From Eledone cirrhosa (Eukaryota): a stretch of DNA of 64,000 bases. A program made the translations under genes and the position numbers. Each line of letters opens with the position of its first letter. Within the stretch, counting starts at the first letter, position 1. Under the pieces are notes generated by a model that ran no database searches, was not told the origin of the DNA, and was given only the letters and a program-made list of their open reading frames with translations. The stretch lies in contig OZ024743.1 of the NCBI GenBank assembly GCA_964016885.1, forward strand, positions 44,082,001-44,146,000, given 5' to 3'. This document shows, one piece after another, positions 1-12,878 of this stretch.

Positions 1-448
1 AAATCAAGAAAATCAAGTCATTAACAAATACAAACCACAAGTAAATATGTATTGTTCCTCAATAAATAGTTGTCTATGGGTGGGAATAACCAATTTATAT
101 ACAACTGTGTAAACACTTCCAGCCACACACACACGTCACAAGACAAAAAGAAAAACCATAACTCCAAGGAAACCTTGGCGAAAGACCTTTTATCCTGCAT
201 TATCTTCCGTCCTGTCACACTTACTTCTCTTCCTTCATTTCTCTTTCTTCCTTTTCCTTTTTTTATTTTTATATTCTCTATTTTATTTTGATTTTATTTA
301 TTTTCAATATTATTCTTATTATTCCTAGTAGTAGTGATTTTCATTTTTCTCAACTTCCTCTTCTGCAAATCCCCCATGGCCCCTTTCAATCATGATTATA
401 CTTATATTTTTATTGATAATTATCCTGGATTTAATCTGGAAAGCCAAA

Positions 449-640
449 ACAATAATTGTTTCTACTTTTGGCACAAGACCAGCAATTACCCCCGTATATT
501 ATTGGTACTTTATTTTATCGACCCCGTAAGGATGAAAGGCAATGTTAACCTCGGCGGGATTTGAACTCAGATCATAAAGGGCCGTAATTATATGCTACAA
601 AGCATGCTGTCCGACGCTTTAACGATACTGCCAATCCTGT
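449..640 (-). mobile_element. tRNA-derived SINE, family A (Octopus OK/Meta-domain-like)
   Basis: Minus strand has A-box-like TGGCAGTATCG, B-box GAGTTCAAATCCC, central GCCTTTCATCCTTACGGGGTCGATAAAATAAAGTACC and tail GTAGAAACAATTATT. More than 15 copies in the window. Confidence 0.85.
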
Positions 641-656
641 TCTCTTGAAACAAGGT

Positions 657-698
<42 letters not shown>

Positions 699-1229
699 AC
701 ATACACACACACACACAGACACACACATACACACACTCTCTCACACACACACACACGCACATCCCACAAACCAAAAGAAAAACTGTATATCCACTTATAA
801 CTTGTTAAAGCTACTTTCACAAACTCCAAACACTGACCTTTTGACGAATATGAACCCCACCTTAATAGCCACACAGAACTCACATAAATATGCCATCTGG
901 ACCATTATTATGAAAATAAGAGCATTTTGTTTTTGACCAAGAGAATTCAATTGAATCCTGACGTGTTGAACACAACTTCCAGCTTCACCAACACACCTCC
1001 ATAAAGAACATATATATAAGACATTTTGAAAGAAAATTCACATCTATTCAAACTTGTTACATAATAAACAAACAGTTATTAAATATTTAATATTTAATAT
1101 TTCATAAGATTGTTATAGCAATCGAACACCTTTATAGTTAATGCAACAATAATAAATTGTTTATTCTGTCGGATTTAAGAAAAATGTAATCGTTAAATAT
1201 ACTTCTCGGTTATTTTGCCTTCACTCTCA

Positions 1230-1265
<36 letters not shown>

Positions 1266-1349
1266 CACGATGAATTAACCGAGCCATAGACTCTCGTTAT
1301 TCCCTGTCAATAATGTATATGCTCAAAGGGAAAGGAATCCTGAGCTCTT

Positions 1350-1435
1350 TAAAATACAATATGTTGAAAACTCCAATCTATTGATAGGGCACTATCTCTC
1401 TCTAGTGCGTGACCTTTTCAACATATTGTATTTTA
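1350..1435. repeat. short fold-back (21-bp inverted arms) in a TA-flanked insert
   Basis: TAAAATACAATATGTTGAAAA ... TTTTCAACATATTGTATTTTA; the right arm abuts (TA)n. Confidence 0.7.
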
Positions 1436-1437
1436 TA

Positions 1438-1496
<59 letters not shown>

Positions 1497-1640
1497 ATTT
1501 GTGTGTGTTTGTGTATGTGTATGTGTATGTGCCTGTGTGTATGTGTGGGAATGTCGCGTGTTCAATCGAGTTAACCGAAGCTAGTAAGGTACTCTATGCA
1601 TTAGTAGAGTGTAAAAATCACTTCCAATTTAAACATTACT

Positions 1641-1712
1641 ACTACAGGACTAGATATATTTCATTCCAAAGAAATCACTTGAATGTAACAGTTCCAGTCT
1701 TGTAGAAGCCAT
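1641..1712. repeat. degenerate fold-back of the HHR 3' half (same family as 2960-3010)
   Basis: CTACAGGACTAGATATATTTCATTC ... GAATGTAACAGTTCCAGTCTTGTAGAAGC; both arms resemble the GAAA/stem III/stem I part of the HHR at 2960. Confidence 0.55.
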
Positions 1713-1750
<38 letters not shown>

Positions 1751-1908
1751 CGTTGACAAATATATCAATATGCACAGACATGCTCGATAGAGCATGCAAC
1801 TACTGATATACTCATGTTTATAGGTTCTGGTGACCTGCCATGGTGTATGGATGAAACACTGTTAGCTAATAAAACAATGTATTTCTAAGCACTCTTTGGT
1901 TATTCCTA

Positions 1909-1969
<61 letters not shown>

Positions 1970-2479
1970 GTGTGTACTTATCATTGCCTGAATGTACGGG
2001 TGAAATCACTAAACCATGAGCCCTCAATATGCAAACATAGAGGTAAATATACTATTATATAAAACACATCCCAAACCGGTATATACCTCACTGAGAAATC
2101 GGTGTTTCCTGAAGCAACTTGATGTTATTGTAACTTCGTTCGTCTGCCATTGAGAAGTTGTGCCACTGCATGTAATAATCTGATGGAGTCCCTCTTGAAA
2201 CACTATCCCAATTGATATGTCTATGTACATAGGCATACTCACACACGTATGTACTGGTATGCACATGCAGACATATATATATATATCCGAATACACAAAG
2301 ACAAACACGTGGGTGTACGCTTGTACTCACAAGCACAAGCCGACATATGCACGTGTATATATATATATCGACTCTCGATATATATATATATATATATATC
2401 GAGAGTCGATCGACATTTTCTCAAATCGGACCGAGGAAAAGATGTTTCCATTGGTCTTTCTATTTGCTAATACTCTCTA

Positions 2480-2620
2480 TCGGTCGCAACTGCAGGTAGA
2501 ATAAGCAACGTGAAATAATGTGTCTTGCCAAGGACACAACGCATCGCCTGGTCCGTGAATCGAACTCACAACCTCACGATTGCGAATCCAATTCTCTAAA
2601 CACTCAGCCACTCGCCTTTA
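2480..2620 (-). mobile_element. tRNA-derived CORE-like SINE, family B (5' part)
   Basis: Minus strand: A box TGGCTGAGTGTT, B box GAGTTCGATTC, then CORE-like TTGTGTCCTTGGCAAGACACATTATTTCACGTTGCT. Confidence 0.75.
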
Positions 2621-2829
2621 TATTTATAATATATATGTATTATAAATAGATCTGTAATAGAGCTTGCAACGAGCTGATCGATAGAAAAACATATGTAATA
2701 TGTTAATAAATCGGATATGATGCAACACTGAATCTTCGTTATTTATAATATTATACTCTGCTCTGCGCGAGCATCGAGTACTCAACTGGCATACCGCCTG
2801 CGGAGGCATTTACCTTGCAACCCTACAAC

Positions 2830-2868
<39 letters not shown>

Positions 2869-2959
2869 AGGTGTATGGGTGTGGGTGTGTGTGAGTGTGT
2901 GTGTGCGCGTGCGTGTATGCGTGTATATATATATATATATATATGTATTGTATAGAAGG

Positions 2960-3010
2960 AGCTTCTACAGGACTAGTACTGTTTCATTCAGATGAAATCT
3001 TCAGGAAGCT
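2960..3010 (-). ncRNA. type I hammerhead ribozyme (PLE pLTR)
   Basis: AGCTTC-CTGAAGA-TTTCATCTGAAT-GAAA-CAGTACTAGTCCTG-TA-GAAGCT: 6-bp stem I, intact core, GUA cleavage triplet. Confidence 0.85.
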
Positions 3011-3641
3011 GGGTGTCATATTAAGTTCTGGTATTTATACATTTAGGTAGTGGTTAGGAAGGGGTGGTGGCTGGGGGGGGATGTTTTGGGTAGGATGGTA
3101 TTTAGATACACAGGACCACAACTTTGGGGAGTGGTCAATTAGCCAGAGTGCTTTTGTAAAATAAAAGGAAAAGAAAAAGAAAAAGTAAATAAATAAGAAA
3201 ATAAATAAATAAATAGACAAATAAATAAATGAATAAATATAATAAATGAATAAATAAATAAAAAAAATAAAAATAAACAAAAACCCCAAGAATAGTAATT
3301 CAACAGATATATAGTAGGGAAATTTTTCTAGGTGGGTTGGTATTAGAAGATAAACAAGACCGAATCATGGCACAGACTGAGGTGAGTGGTCAAGTTAACA
3401 TACAACCTACAGGTGGCCAGAGTGTTTTTGTAGAATGGAAAGAATAAGATATATTTACATACTCATAACCACATACATAAACACTTACACATACATATAT
3501 ATATGTGTATATCTATACACACATACACACATATATATATATACACATATATATATACACACACAAGAAAAAAGCACATACACACAAATATACACACACG
3601 CGCATACACATACACACACATATATATGCATGCACACATAT

Positions 3642-4265
3642 ATCATCATCATCATCATCATTACCGTTTTACGTCCGTTCTTCCACGCTAGCATGGGTTA
3701 GACGGGTTGACCTGTTGTGTGCAGTGTCTGGTCGGCTGACCATGCCTTGCTCATACAGGAACTGATCTGGCTTGATTTCTACAGCTGGATGCCCTTCCTA
3801 ACACCAACCTCATTTACAGTGAGTGCTGGGTGCTTTTTCGTGGCGCCTACACGTCCACTTTACAGTGTGGGCTGGGTGCTTTTTTGCCGTGGCACCTCCA
3901 CGACCACCTTGCGGTGGGGGGTGTGGGGGCATATTGTTTATATGCTTCAGCATGTACCCATGGGAGGTCGGGTACTCTGTATTACTGCGTGACGCCAGAG
4001 GTCACGGTCGTGTGTCATTATCCTTGAGAGGTGTAGTTGGGTAAGGTCGGCTTTTATCACCTCATCCCAGGTCATATTGGGTCTCCCCACTCCGCGGTTT
4101 CCATCAACTTCTAGTGCTCAGCACCTTTTTATGCAGCTGTCATCCTTCATACGCATCACATGTCCATACCAGCGCAACCGCCTCTCCTGCACACAGCATT
4201 TGATTCCTCTTATGCTCAGTCTCTCTCTCAATTCATGCATACTTTGATTTCTACAGCTGGATGCT
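3642..4265 (-). mobile_element. RTE-clade LINE 3' fragment
   Basis: ELRERLSIRGIKCCVQERRLRWYGHVMRMKDDSCIKRC*..GRPNMTW is the typical RTE ORF2 C-terminus, followed by a 3'UTR ending in (GAT)n. Confidence 0.85.
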
Positions 4266-4427
4266 ACATATATATATATATACATATACATATCTACACA
4301 TATACATGTGTATATACACGCATATACATACACATACATGTATGTATGTCTCTCGGTATAAACTATACTATACATACATATACATACATACACATACATA
4401 CACACACACAAACGCATACATACACAC

Positions 4428-4464
<37 letters not shown>

Positions 4465-4639
4465 TACATACACATACATATATATACATATATATATATA
4501 TACATACACACATACACACACATACATATATGCACACACGCATACATACACATACACACATACAAATACATACACATAAACACATATACACATACACGCA
4601 CTCGTTCGCACACATATATGTATCTATATATATATATAT

Positions 4640-5782
4640 TTGGGGAAAAAGTAGTGGGACAAAAGTAGTGGGACAAATTATAAACTGAGCCTGATAGAAG
4701 ATTAAAATATTTATTATCACTACTAAGTTATTAATATTATCATCAAGTAATTAATTATTATTTATTATTTACCATTCACTATTCATTACCTATCTTTTAT
4801 CTTTTATCTATTCATTACTTAATCATTCACTTGTTAATTAATAAATAAATGAATTAACTAACAAGCAAACAAACAAACAGATAAACAAATAAACAAATAA
4901 ATAAATAAATAAATAAATAAATAAATAGATTAATAAATAAATAACATAACTAAATAAAAAAATAAATAAGTATATATAAATATATATAAATAAATCTCGA
5001 ACGTGTGTGTGCAGCAGTTCATAACTGCACGTATGCAAACATGAGCAGATATATACGTGAATTTGTGTGTGCGGCCACGGAACCTTACTCAGAGGCATAC
5101 AACACAATATAAGACCTGGAGGGGAGGTAAGAAGGTAATAATGAGAGATGGAGGGACGGAAGTGGGATGGGGGGCGGAGGTAGGGTGGTGATTTTGTTTG
5201 GGGGTGGGGGGTCAATCGGGGGGGGGGGTCTGTAGTTTTTGTAATTTGCATAGTTCTTGTGCATGCAATTAGGGGAGTGTTCCGAGATCATGTTGAGGAG
5301 AGGGCCTTTGGCGAATAGAATCTCATAGCTCTCGGAGATACAGAGGTCACAGCAATTATGGCCTCCCGTGTAGGATCGCGCTCTCTGGAGTAGTCTCCAT
5401 TGGGTCTTGAAGGGGATGGAGTTCCTTTTAAGGTGCCAGATGTGGGCGGCGAGTGTTGTTTGGTTAGATTTGTCTGGACGCCGGAACGAATGTGTGTGGG
5501 CGTACCAGCGAGTCTTAAAACTGTTAGAAGTCATCCCGATGTACGAGTTTCTTTTTTCATCGGGGCCTGAGAGTACATCGCATATATAGACGAGATCTTT
5601 TTTTAGACAGTTGTTGATGGGGGGGCAGGTAGTCTTATCAGGGCAATTGCAATTGCCATCGGTTGCTGGATGGGCTTCGGAAAAAGTAGACTTATTTAGC
5701 TTCTTGACGTTATTGTTGGCTAAGTTCCTAGCTAGATTAGGTGTGGTAGAGTAGGAGAGTCTAATGGTATTCTTATTATATA
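4640..5782 (-). mobile_element. 5'-truncated Naiad-like PLE (GIY-YIG endonuclease plus 3'UTR)
   Basis: NKNTIRLSYST..CNCPDKTTCP...CL..LVY...SYIGMT..FKTRWYAH..SF...TTLAAHIWHLK...CDLC..E...LLN..SE...CMH; both ends abut (TA)n. Confidence 0.85.
5200..5782 (-). pseudogene. GIY-YIG endonuclease domain of a Naiad-like PLE
   Basis: Open frame within ORF 5085..5912. The ORF N-terminus above 5782 is (TA)n read-through into an unrelated insert. Confidence 0.85.
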
Positions 5783-6399
5783 GTATATATATATATATAC
5801 ACGCATATTTTCTTTGTAATCGATGCAGTAGATGTAATACTAGCACAAACTCCTTAATGCAAAATTTAGCTCGATGCCTAAATTTATATCCATCATACCT
5901 AATAAGCCACAACTACGTAACCTAAGAAGATGCTAATGCACGATCTGAAATGCATACTCTATACATGGGTCATGTAGGAGAGAGGTCTTAGTTTACGTAT
6001 GAATAGTGAAATCGTTACACCCTGACCACTTCACCTAATCTCGAGCGGCACTTCTGTTTTACGGAATGACAATTTAAAGAACACTAAATGAAACATGCAG
6101 CGTCATTGTGGAAACAAGAGACAAATTACACGACCAAGCTCTACAGCTATGTATGTAAGTTAAAAGCAGACTCTGCAGATTATATAATCAGTCTAAAGAC
6201 CTAAACCCTGTGTCAACGATTCTAAGATATAGAAAGCATCACTAGACTCAAACCCATGCCTCAACTCGAGAAAGAGTTATGTAAGCCATGAAGACGATTT
6301 TGTGGTTCACTTCAGAAATGGAACTGGTGCTACGACTGAGGGTTATTGAGGAATAGTATCCATGGACCTCGTAACTTGGAGTGCCTTTTAGCCCCTCAA

Positions 6400-6585
6400 T
6401 GCAGTAAAAACCTCGGGTGGCTTCTTCTACCAGAAGTGCTGCAAATATAACTGTTTTACATATTGCATTCAATCTTTTCAACTGCATTGTTTTTTACCAG
6501 GGACTGTGTTGAAAAGTAAATCTCATTTGCTCATTACATGAAAGTATATTGGTCAGCCTATGAACTTTTCAATTGACTCTCTAAT
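6400..6585 (+). mobile_element. mariner-like transposon 3' remnant
   Basis: GGGACTGTGTTGAAAAGTAA (GDCVEK*, compare mariner GDYVEK*) followed by TIR-like GGTCAGCCTATGAACTTTTCAATTGACTCTC-TA. Confidence 0.45.
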
Positions 6586-6605
6586 GTATTTATATATATA
6601 TATAT

Positions 6606-6895
6606 AACGAAGGGAATGTGGTAAGTAACCAAGTGGGCCATAACGCACCAAAGCACTCGATATTGGGTAGTAGAATGGGTAATAGGAAAAGAGTTAAGAG
6701 CCCGACGGTCTGAATTAACGCGGTATTGTTAGGACAGCCTTAGCCTATCTGAACTTATCAAGGGCTAATTCCATATATTGGCATGCGATGAACACGTCGA
6801 GGTAGTGTCGTATCGAACAGTACTCAAAGTTGTTTTTCAATCACGGGGAGTGATCAAAGATTTGTAAACACAGTTAAATTCCTTCATAATGGCGG
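6606..6895 (-). mobile_element. PLE pLTR, family P1 (U3-A8 HHR family), internally deleted HHR
   Basis: Shared tail AACGAAGG..GTGGTAAG.AACCA.GTGG.CCATAACGCACCAAAG; minus strand GCCC-TTGATAA-GTTCAG...GTC-GGGC at 6700-6765. Confidence 0.7.
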
Positions 6896-6904
6896 ATAAA
6901 AGGA

Positions 6905-7425
6905 TAAAAGTAGAGCAAGGAGACTAATGACAAAAGGACAGCAAGGAAAGCAAGGAGAGCAATGGTAACAGGAGAGCAAGGAAAGGACGGCGAGCAAGGA
7001 GGGCAATGAGAAAAGGAGAGCAAGGAGAGCAATGAGAAAATGAGATCAAAGAGAAAAGGAGACAAGGAGAAAGGAGAGCAGGGAGGAAAAGGGAGCAAGG
7101 AGAGTAAAGAGGAAAGGATAGCAAGGAGAGCAAGGTGAGCAAAGCGAAAAGGAGAGCAAGGAGAGCAAGGGGAAAAGGAGAGCAATAAGTAAAGAAGGGC
7201 AAGGAAAGCAAGGGTAAAAGGAGACCTAGGAGAGCAAGGAGAACAAGGAGAGCAAGGAGAGTAATGAAAAATGGAGAACAAAGAGAGCAATAAGAAAAGG
7301 AGAGTAAGGAGAGCAAAGAGAAACGGAGAGCAAGGAGAACAAATAGGAAAGGAGAGCAAGAAGATGAAGGAGAGGAAGGAGAGCAAACAGGGCAATGAGA
7401 AAAGGACAGCAAGGAGAGCAAGAAG
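6905..7425 (+). repeat. degenerate 9-bp minisatellite (GGAGAGCAA)n
   Basis: Repeated GGAGAGCAA/GAAAAGGAGAGCAA units; accounts for the CSP- and LLS-repeat ORFs. Confidence 0.85.
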
Positions 7426-7499
7426 TGGTTAAGGCAAATATTGCTCAAGTTATGCTGGAAACAGGCAAAGGTCAAGAACAGGTACATTCTGCACCAAAA

Positions 7500-7820
7500 T
7501 GAGTTTTTTACCTTTACAAACATTGAGTTTTCGCCTTTTGTAACTCATGGTACAAAAACTTTCTTCGCGAGATTTTTTATCAGTACCGATTTCCTCGACA
7601 AAGACGCTTCAACATGGAAGGATGATCTTGGTTACAAAAGTGGCCTTGAAAAAAATGAGAAGACAGTTGTTGTGAATGTTGTTGCAAAAACAGGTGTTAA
7701 AACGGCATTGCAATTACATTCTCACAAAAGATGAAACTGAGAAAAAATTTGTTTTAAAGATCGTTACCAAAAACTGTAAAACAAACCCAACTGCCACTAA
7801 ATCCTCTCTTATTCAAAAAT
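7500..7820 (+). pseudogene. decayed DNA-transposon-like protein C-terminus
   Basis: FLDKDASTWKDDLGYKSGLEK..VVVNVVAKTGVK resembles the FL..DP..W....Y....VVND.AERGV motif of transposase-derived sequences; frame disrupted. Confidence 0.35.
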
Positions 7821-8031
7821 AATTGTTTCTACTTTTGGCACAAGGGCAACAATAATCCCAGTGTATTACTGGTACTTTATTTTATTGACCCCGTTATATA
7901 TATATATATATATATATAGCGTCCGATACATTTAGACCCTATTCCTGCTATTTCAAGCATTAACCTAATATATTCCTTCAATATACTGTACCAATTGTGT
8001 TGTTATTTCTGTTTACCTTTTACAAACACAT

Positions 8032-8105
<74 letters not shown>

Positions 8106-8329
8106 GTGTGTGTGTGTGTGTGTGTGTAAGCAGACAGTGTGCACGCTAGAGTCCTATCATATTTTGTCAATGTATCATACCTATGGTGTTGATATAAATT
8201 TCAACAAAAATAATTTTCATTAGATTATAAGCAACAAAATTAAATTTAAAGAAAGAATAATTTAAAAGGATAAAATTGAAGAATCATAATAAACAGAATA
8301 CGAATAAAAACCGTAAGTAACATGTAAAC

Positions 8330-8722
8330 AGATGAAAGGCAAAGTTAATCTCGGTGGGATTTGAACTCAGAATGGCAAGGGCCATAACTCTATGCGTCAA
8401 AGCCTGGCGTCCGACCCTCTACCGATATTGCCAATCCCGTAAATAATGGTGTCTGATTTAGACATGAGGCCTACTATTTTGGGAAGATGAAAGTCAAATA
8501 AATGGAGTAATTACGTTACTGGTACTTTATTTTATTGACCCGCTAAAGATAAAAGACAAGGCTAACCTACGCAGGATTTGATCTCAGTACGTGAAGAAGT
8601 GAACGAAGTAATATTCCGCAAAGCATGGTGCCTGACACTACCGATACTACCAATCCACCGCCCTAAATGTTACGTAAATAACTGTTTCTAGTTTTGGCAC
8701 AAGGCCAGCAATTACCCCAGTA
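8330..8722 (-). mobile_element. tandem SINE family A copies (2 plus a partial)
   Basis: Repeated GATGAAAGGCAAAGTTAA..GGATTTGAACTCAG..CCGATA.TGCCAATCC units; another partial copy at 7819-7893. Confidence 0.8.
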
Positions 8723-9044
8723 ATTTAGCTTTGTTTATTTGGATATCTTCATTTGGATATCGTACTAAATACCTCAGTAGAAATCCTGAGACAAACGCTA
8801 GGAATATATTGAAATATTCAGAAAAATGTCGACTTTCAAGAAGGATAGCAGAAATGAATTTCCGCTGTTCTTTGATTCGTTTACTGCTTTGAGTCATATA
8901 GACAGCTAGTGTGTAAGAGAGAGAGAGATTGAAACACATAGGCAGGAAGACGGATTGAAATACTGTTGGCAGTGAACACTGCATCAACGAAAGCATTTAA
9001 GAACATTTACAACTTCCAACCCTCTCTTACATTTATTAGTATTA

Positions 9045-9513
9045 CTAGCAGAAAAGCACCCTTGGGGTGGTTTTATGGTAGCATGTGTAGTGTGTATATT
9101 GATATTATACGTAAGTATATATACATGTAGATATGATACGGCAAATAAAATCGTAATTGTCAATATACACAGAAATTGAACGAAGACTGTTACACTCTCT
9201 TATGTAATCAGTAACGTAATCCATGATACATTAAAAAAAGACAATATTATATATAAACTGCATTAGGAGAAAATTACTGACAGAAATATATGAATATCTA
9301 TTTAAACGGAAGTGTTGACATTCGAAAGTTTTAAAGAAGTGAATCTTTAAATAAATAATAAAATATGTTTAATGAACAGTCATGAAATTTAGTAGATAGC
9401 TTATGTAATATTCATTAATTATTTATTCAAAGTAATCCAGCTTATTTTACTAATGGCATAAAAAATTATAAACCGTACGCAGTCCCACGCTTCTTACTTT
9501 ATTATAGTGTAGA
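9045..9513 (-). mobile_element. non-autonomous Helitron
   Basis: Minus strand starts TCTACACTATAATAAAAG and ends with hairpin AAAACCACCCCAAGGGTGCTTTT then CTGCTAG; inserted between A and T; homologous to 58920-59475. Confidence 0.8.
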
Positions 9514-10914
9514 TGTGAAGTCAAAATATAAAGTTAATAATGATTTTGACAGATTGTAACGTTCGTGTGTGACTTGTGGAGAAAAAAGGCTCACCACTTA
9601 CTAATAAAATACATTTGCAATAATATTGATCATTTTAGAATTCGATAAATTATTGAAAAAATGAAAACATAATCAATCATAAGCAAAATGCTAATACAAT
9701 TACTATAAAATTAGATTTTAAAAATATGTTAGATATTTATAACAGTAATTTGCAATAATGAATTTAAAAGATATAATATATTGAAACGCACACATACGCA
9801 TACCTTCATAAAAACACAGCCATGCATTTAAAGCAATAAAGTAAAATACCGTGAGGTAATTATTTTTCATCAAAGTGTGTTAGTACACACACTATGTTTA
9901 GAAGTTTGAAGTAAACTTCAAATAAAAAATAACAAAAGCAATTTCCTAAAATAGAAAATAAGCACATAAATGAAATAAATTAATTTACGGGTATGAAAGA
10001 ATAAATAAATTAAATTAAAATAATTGTAATTTGAATGGAAAGCAAAAACCTGATGCTAAGAATAAATTAGACAGAAAAACATTCAGAAAGTTGTAAATGA
10101 TATGGGGTAAATTGATGAATTTAAAATAGAAAAACAACATATTATACTCTTAAACGATATGTATATTTAACTACGAAATACGATGAATATAGTTATCAAG
10201 CGCTGAGTTTGAAAATAATGAATTGAATGTAAAATAAATTAACAGTGTTCATATGTATTTTATATAACCACATATTACATATAGTAATAATTATTCAATG
10301 CATTAATATGTTGCAGTTAATTATGTATTTCTAATTTAGGCACTAGGCCAGCAATTTGAATGTAAGTCGATTAAAACATCCTATGTAATTAACTTGTATT
10401 TTTAAGTTATCAACATCGGGACGATGATAATAAAGTTGACGTTGATGGGCTTTGAAAAAAAAGTGTAAAGAGCTACAACACTTAATGTAAATAAAGTAAT
10501 TGGTTGTTAAATGGCTTGCATATTTAAACATAATTAAACAACTTAATTGAATAATAAAGTATACATGTAGATGTTGATTTTTAATGGCTTGTAGTTGATT
10601 AGTAATCGATCTACTAAAGATAATAAGGGCAAATCGATATGATAACTTTAAAGCGTGTTGTTTTAATGTGTTCCATATTTTTTTATTAATAAGCAATTGA
10701 AATGCATACAAGTTTGTTTTTTTCTGGAGAGGTAGGATAGCGACATAGTGCGTGGATACTTGCTGTAGGGTTACAATGGAATACTGATTGATATTTGAAT
10801 GAAGATTTGATTCACAGGTTCTAGCCTTGCCAGTATCAAAACATAGAATTTAACTGGTGATGATGATGATATTTCTATCTTTCCCAACGTTGGAGTTTAT
10901 TGTATCTGCGTGGG

Positions 10915-11520
10915 CTCCCTGGTTCCCTTGGTTAGAGCTACATTGTAATACTCTGCGTTATCGTTGAAAATTTCCTGGTTCACCGATAATTTGGAGATTC
11001 TATTTGAGACACTTTTGACTATGGCCTCAATGACTGCTCTTGTGCGGTTGGGTTTCTGGTATGGTTTAGTGTTGTCTCCAAGAAATAAAGTATTTTCCTA
11101 TGTGGGTTATTTCTTTTGTTTGCCTTATGTTACCAAATAGGTATCTAATCTACCTTTTCATTCTCTCAAACATAGTGTTACTATGGTAGGTGAGCGTGTA
11201 AAGGACATCATCTTGGTTTAATCCCTTCCTTTTGTTGCTTGATGATGAAGAGCCCAACTAGGGCCGTCACCTCAGCAGAGTTACTAGAGCCCATTGTGAT
11301 ATCACTTCTAGAATGGAGGTCCCGTAAAAACTGATTAGCTTTTCTTCTTGCAGCATGAATTATCTTTATTTCGTCTCAGGTTAGGTTAGTATATTGTTTA
11401 CGTATATAAGGGCCTTATTTAGTACTACGGGCGAGATTGGGGATTACTAGCTGGCAAAAGTTGTATAAAAGTAGTTCTATTTCTATGGGGTGTGGTGCGT
11501 TTTAAAACCAATTGATCACA
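10915..11520 (-). pseudogene. decayed Naiad-like PLE reverse transcriptase fragment
   Basis: Manual translation across frameshifts: TFIQL, VLNKAL, IKIIHAARR, DITMGSSNSAEVTALVGLFII (11303-11241), QDDVL, KPYQKPN, VSNRISKLSVNQEIFNDNAEYYNVAL. Confidence 0.75.
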
Positions 11521-11529
11521 TCACAGATA

Positions 11530-11960
11530 CCCAGCAGTATTAGGACGGCAGAGACCTAGCTGAACTTATCAAGGGGTACAGTCCATATATGGGCATGCAG
11601 TCAAAACAAGAAAAGCAGAAGCATCAAATCAAACAATACGAAGAATTTGTTGTTTTTCTTGTCTGTCACGGGGAGTGGTCATTGATTTTGGGATGTCATG
11701 TACATGGTTAAATTCCTTCATAGCGGCGGGGTGAGGGGCTCAACTGGCCTGTAGAATATAGGGAAGGGAGTAAGATGATATTCTGACAGCCGGTCAGGCG
11801 TTAAGAGAGAACCTCTTACCTCTAATGGGGAGTAAGAAGTAATTGCAGCAAATGAGAGGTAAGGAAGGTTGTTAGAGTGAAAACTAACTATGCCAAGTTT
11901 AACACTTAGCTAGAGTAAAACATATAGATATTAATACTAATTAAATTCCTGATAAAGAGA
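11530..11960 (-). mobile_element. PLE pLTR/3'UTR family P1 with HHR 5' half
   Basis: Minus strand CCCC-TTGATAA-GTTCAGCTAGGTCTC (11576-11551); upstream region homologous to 6765-6895 and 47045-47200. Confidence 0.65.
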
Positions 11961-12198
11961 ATGTTGTTATCAGTTACTCTAATGCACTAGAACGGCACCG
12001 CAATACAGTAATTTACTAGTATTATCTTTTATAATGATACACCCATAGGTATGTATGTATATCTTCTAATTAAATTTACAAGCGGTGGGGAACTCAAAAA
12101 TGTTAAAACATTAATCATTTCAAATCTCAATAAACAACTGTTTATCAAGGTTTGTATTGATGAACTATCTCTCTCACTTTCTCCCTCCTCTCACTCTC

Positions 12199-12232
<34 letters not shown>

Positions 12233-12426
12233 CACACCCACACACACACACACACACCCACACACACACACACACACACACATACACACACATACACACG
12301 CATATACACACGCACGCAAATATGTATATATATAATAATGAGTTATGGACCTAGCATAGGTATCACTGCTAGAACCGGTTGCATCTCAGCGTACAGGGAG
12401 AGAGAGAGTGATGTGTGTATAAGTAC

Positions 12427-12487
<61 letters not shown>

Positions 12488-12672
12488 GGTTTGAGGTTCA
12501 CCACTGGATAGAGATGGTCAATTCCGTATGGTCAATCTTAATGTAATAATATGGAGAGTACTCAACGTAAAGCAGTTCAAACTTTTTTGTAGTTGGTGGT
12601 GCTAGTACGGAGTTAAATATTATAATGAAATGACAGGAGGCTGGACTTGTGTAAATCCTTGAAAGGTTTATT

Positions 12673-12730
12673 ATACTATGATCATTTCAATGACCGGGTT
12701 CCGTATGAATCCGGTGATATCATCAGGTAT
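12673..12730 (-). ncRNA. type I hammerhead ribozyme (PLE pLTR)
   Basis: ATAC-CTGATGA-TATCACCGGATTC(ATACG)GAACCCGGTCATT-GAAA-TGATCA-TA-GTAT; palindromic stem III ATGATCAT; the tail runs to (TA)n at 12483. Confidence 0.85.
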
Positions 12731-12878
12731 TCGAAATATAATAATGAATGTAATAGATAAAATACATGAGGCTGAAAATCAAAGACCGGAGGACGACCGA
12801 CATCTAGCATCTTCCACTTTTGCCAGTCGCTCTCAAGTGAGGGGGCTAAAGCTTATAGCGTGCTACTACCGGTTTTTA

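Noticed and set aside
1828-2210. Weak hammerhead-like motifs at about 1828, 2170, 5920, 33971, 48200 and 60660
   Set aside because: Each has core defects or missing stems; probably decayed pLTRs but not supportable individually.
4995-5100. Possible HHR in the 3'UTR of the first Naiad-like element (CTGAGTA)
   Set aside because: G8 is absent and no GAAA/stem III could be placed.
6840-6890. SECIS-like ATGA..AA..TGAT on the minus strand
   Set aside because: Helix II is too short and the pattern is not conserved in the homologous copies at about 11670 and 47060.
6874-7523. Hydrophobic and CSP-repeat ORFs
   Set aside because: Translation of a 9-bp purine minisatellite.
11241-11270. GATGATGA-AGA-GCCC..GGGC hammerhead-like motif
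   Set aside because: There is no GAAA; it is the antisense of Naiad RT coding sequence.
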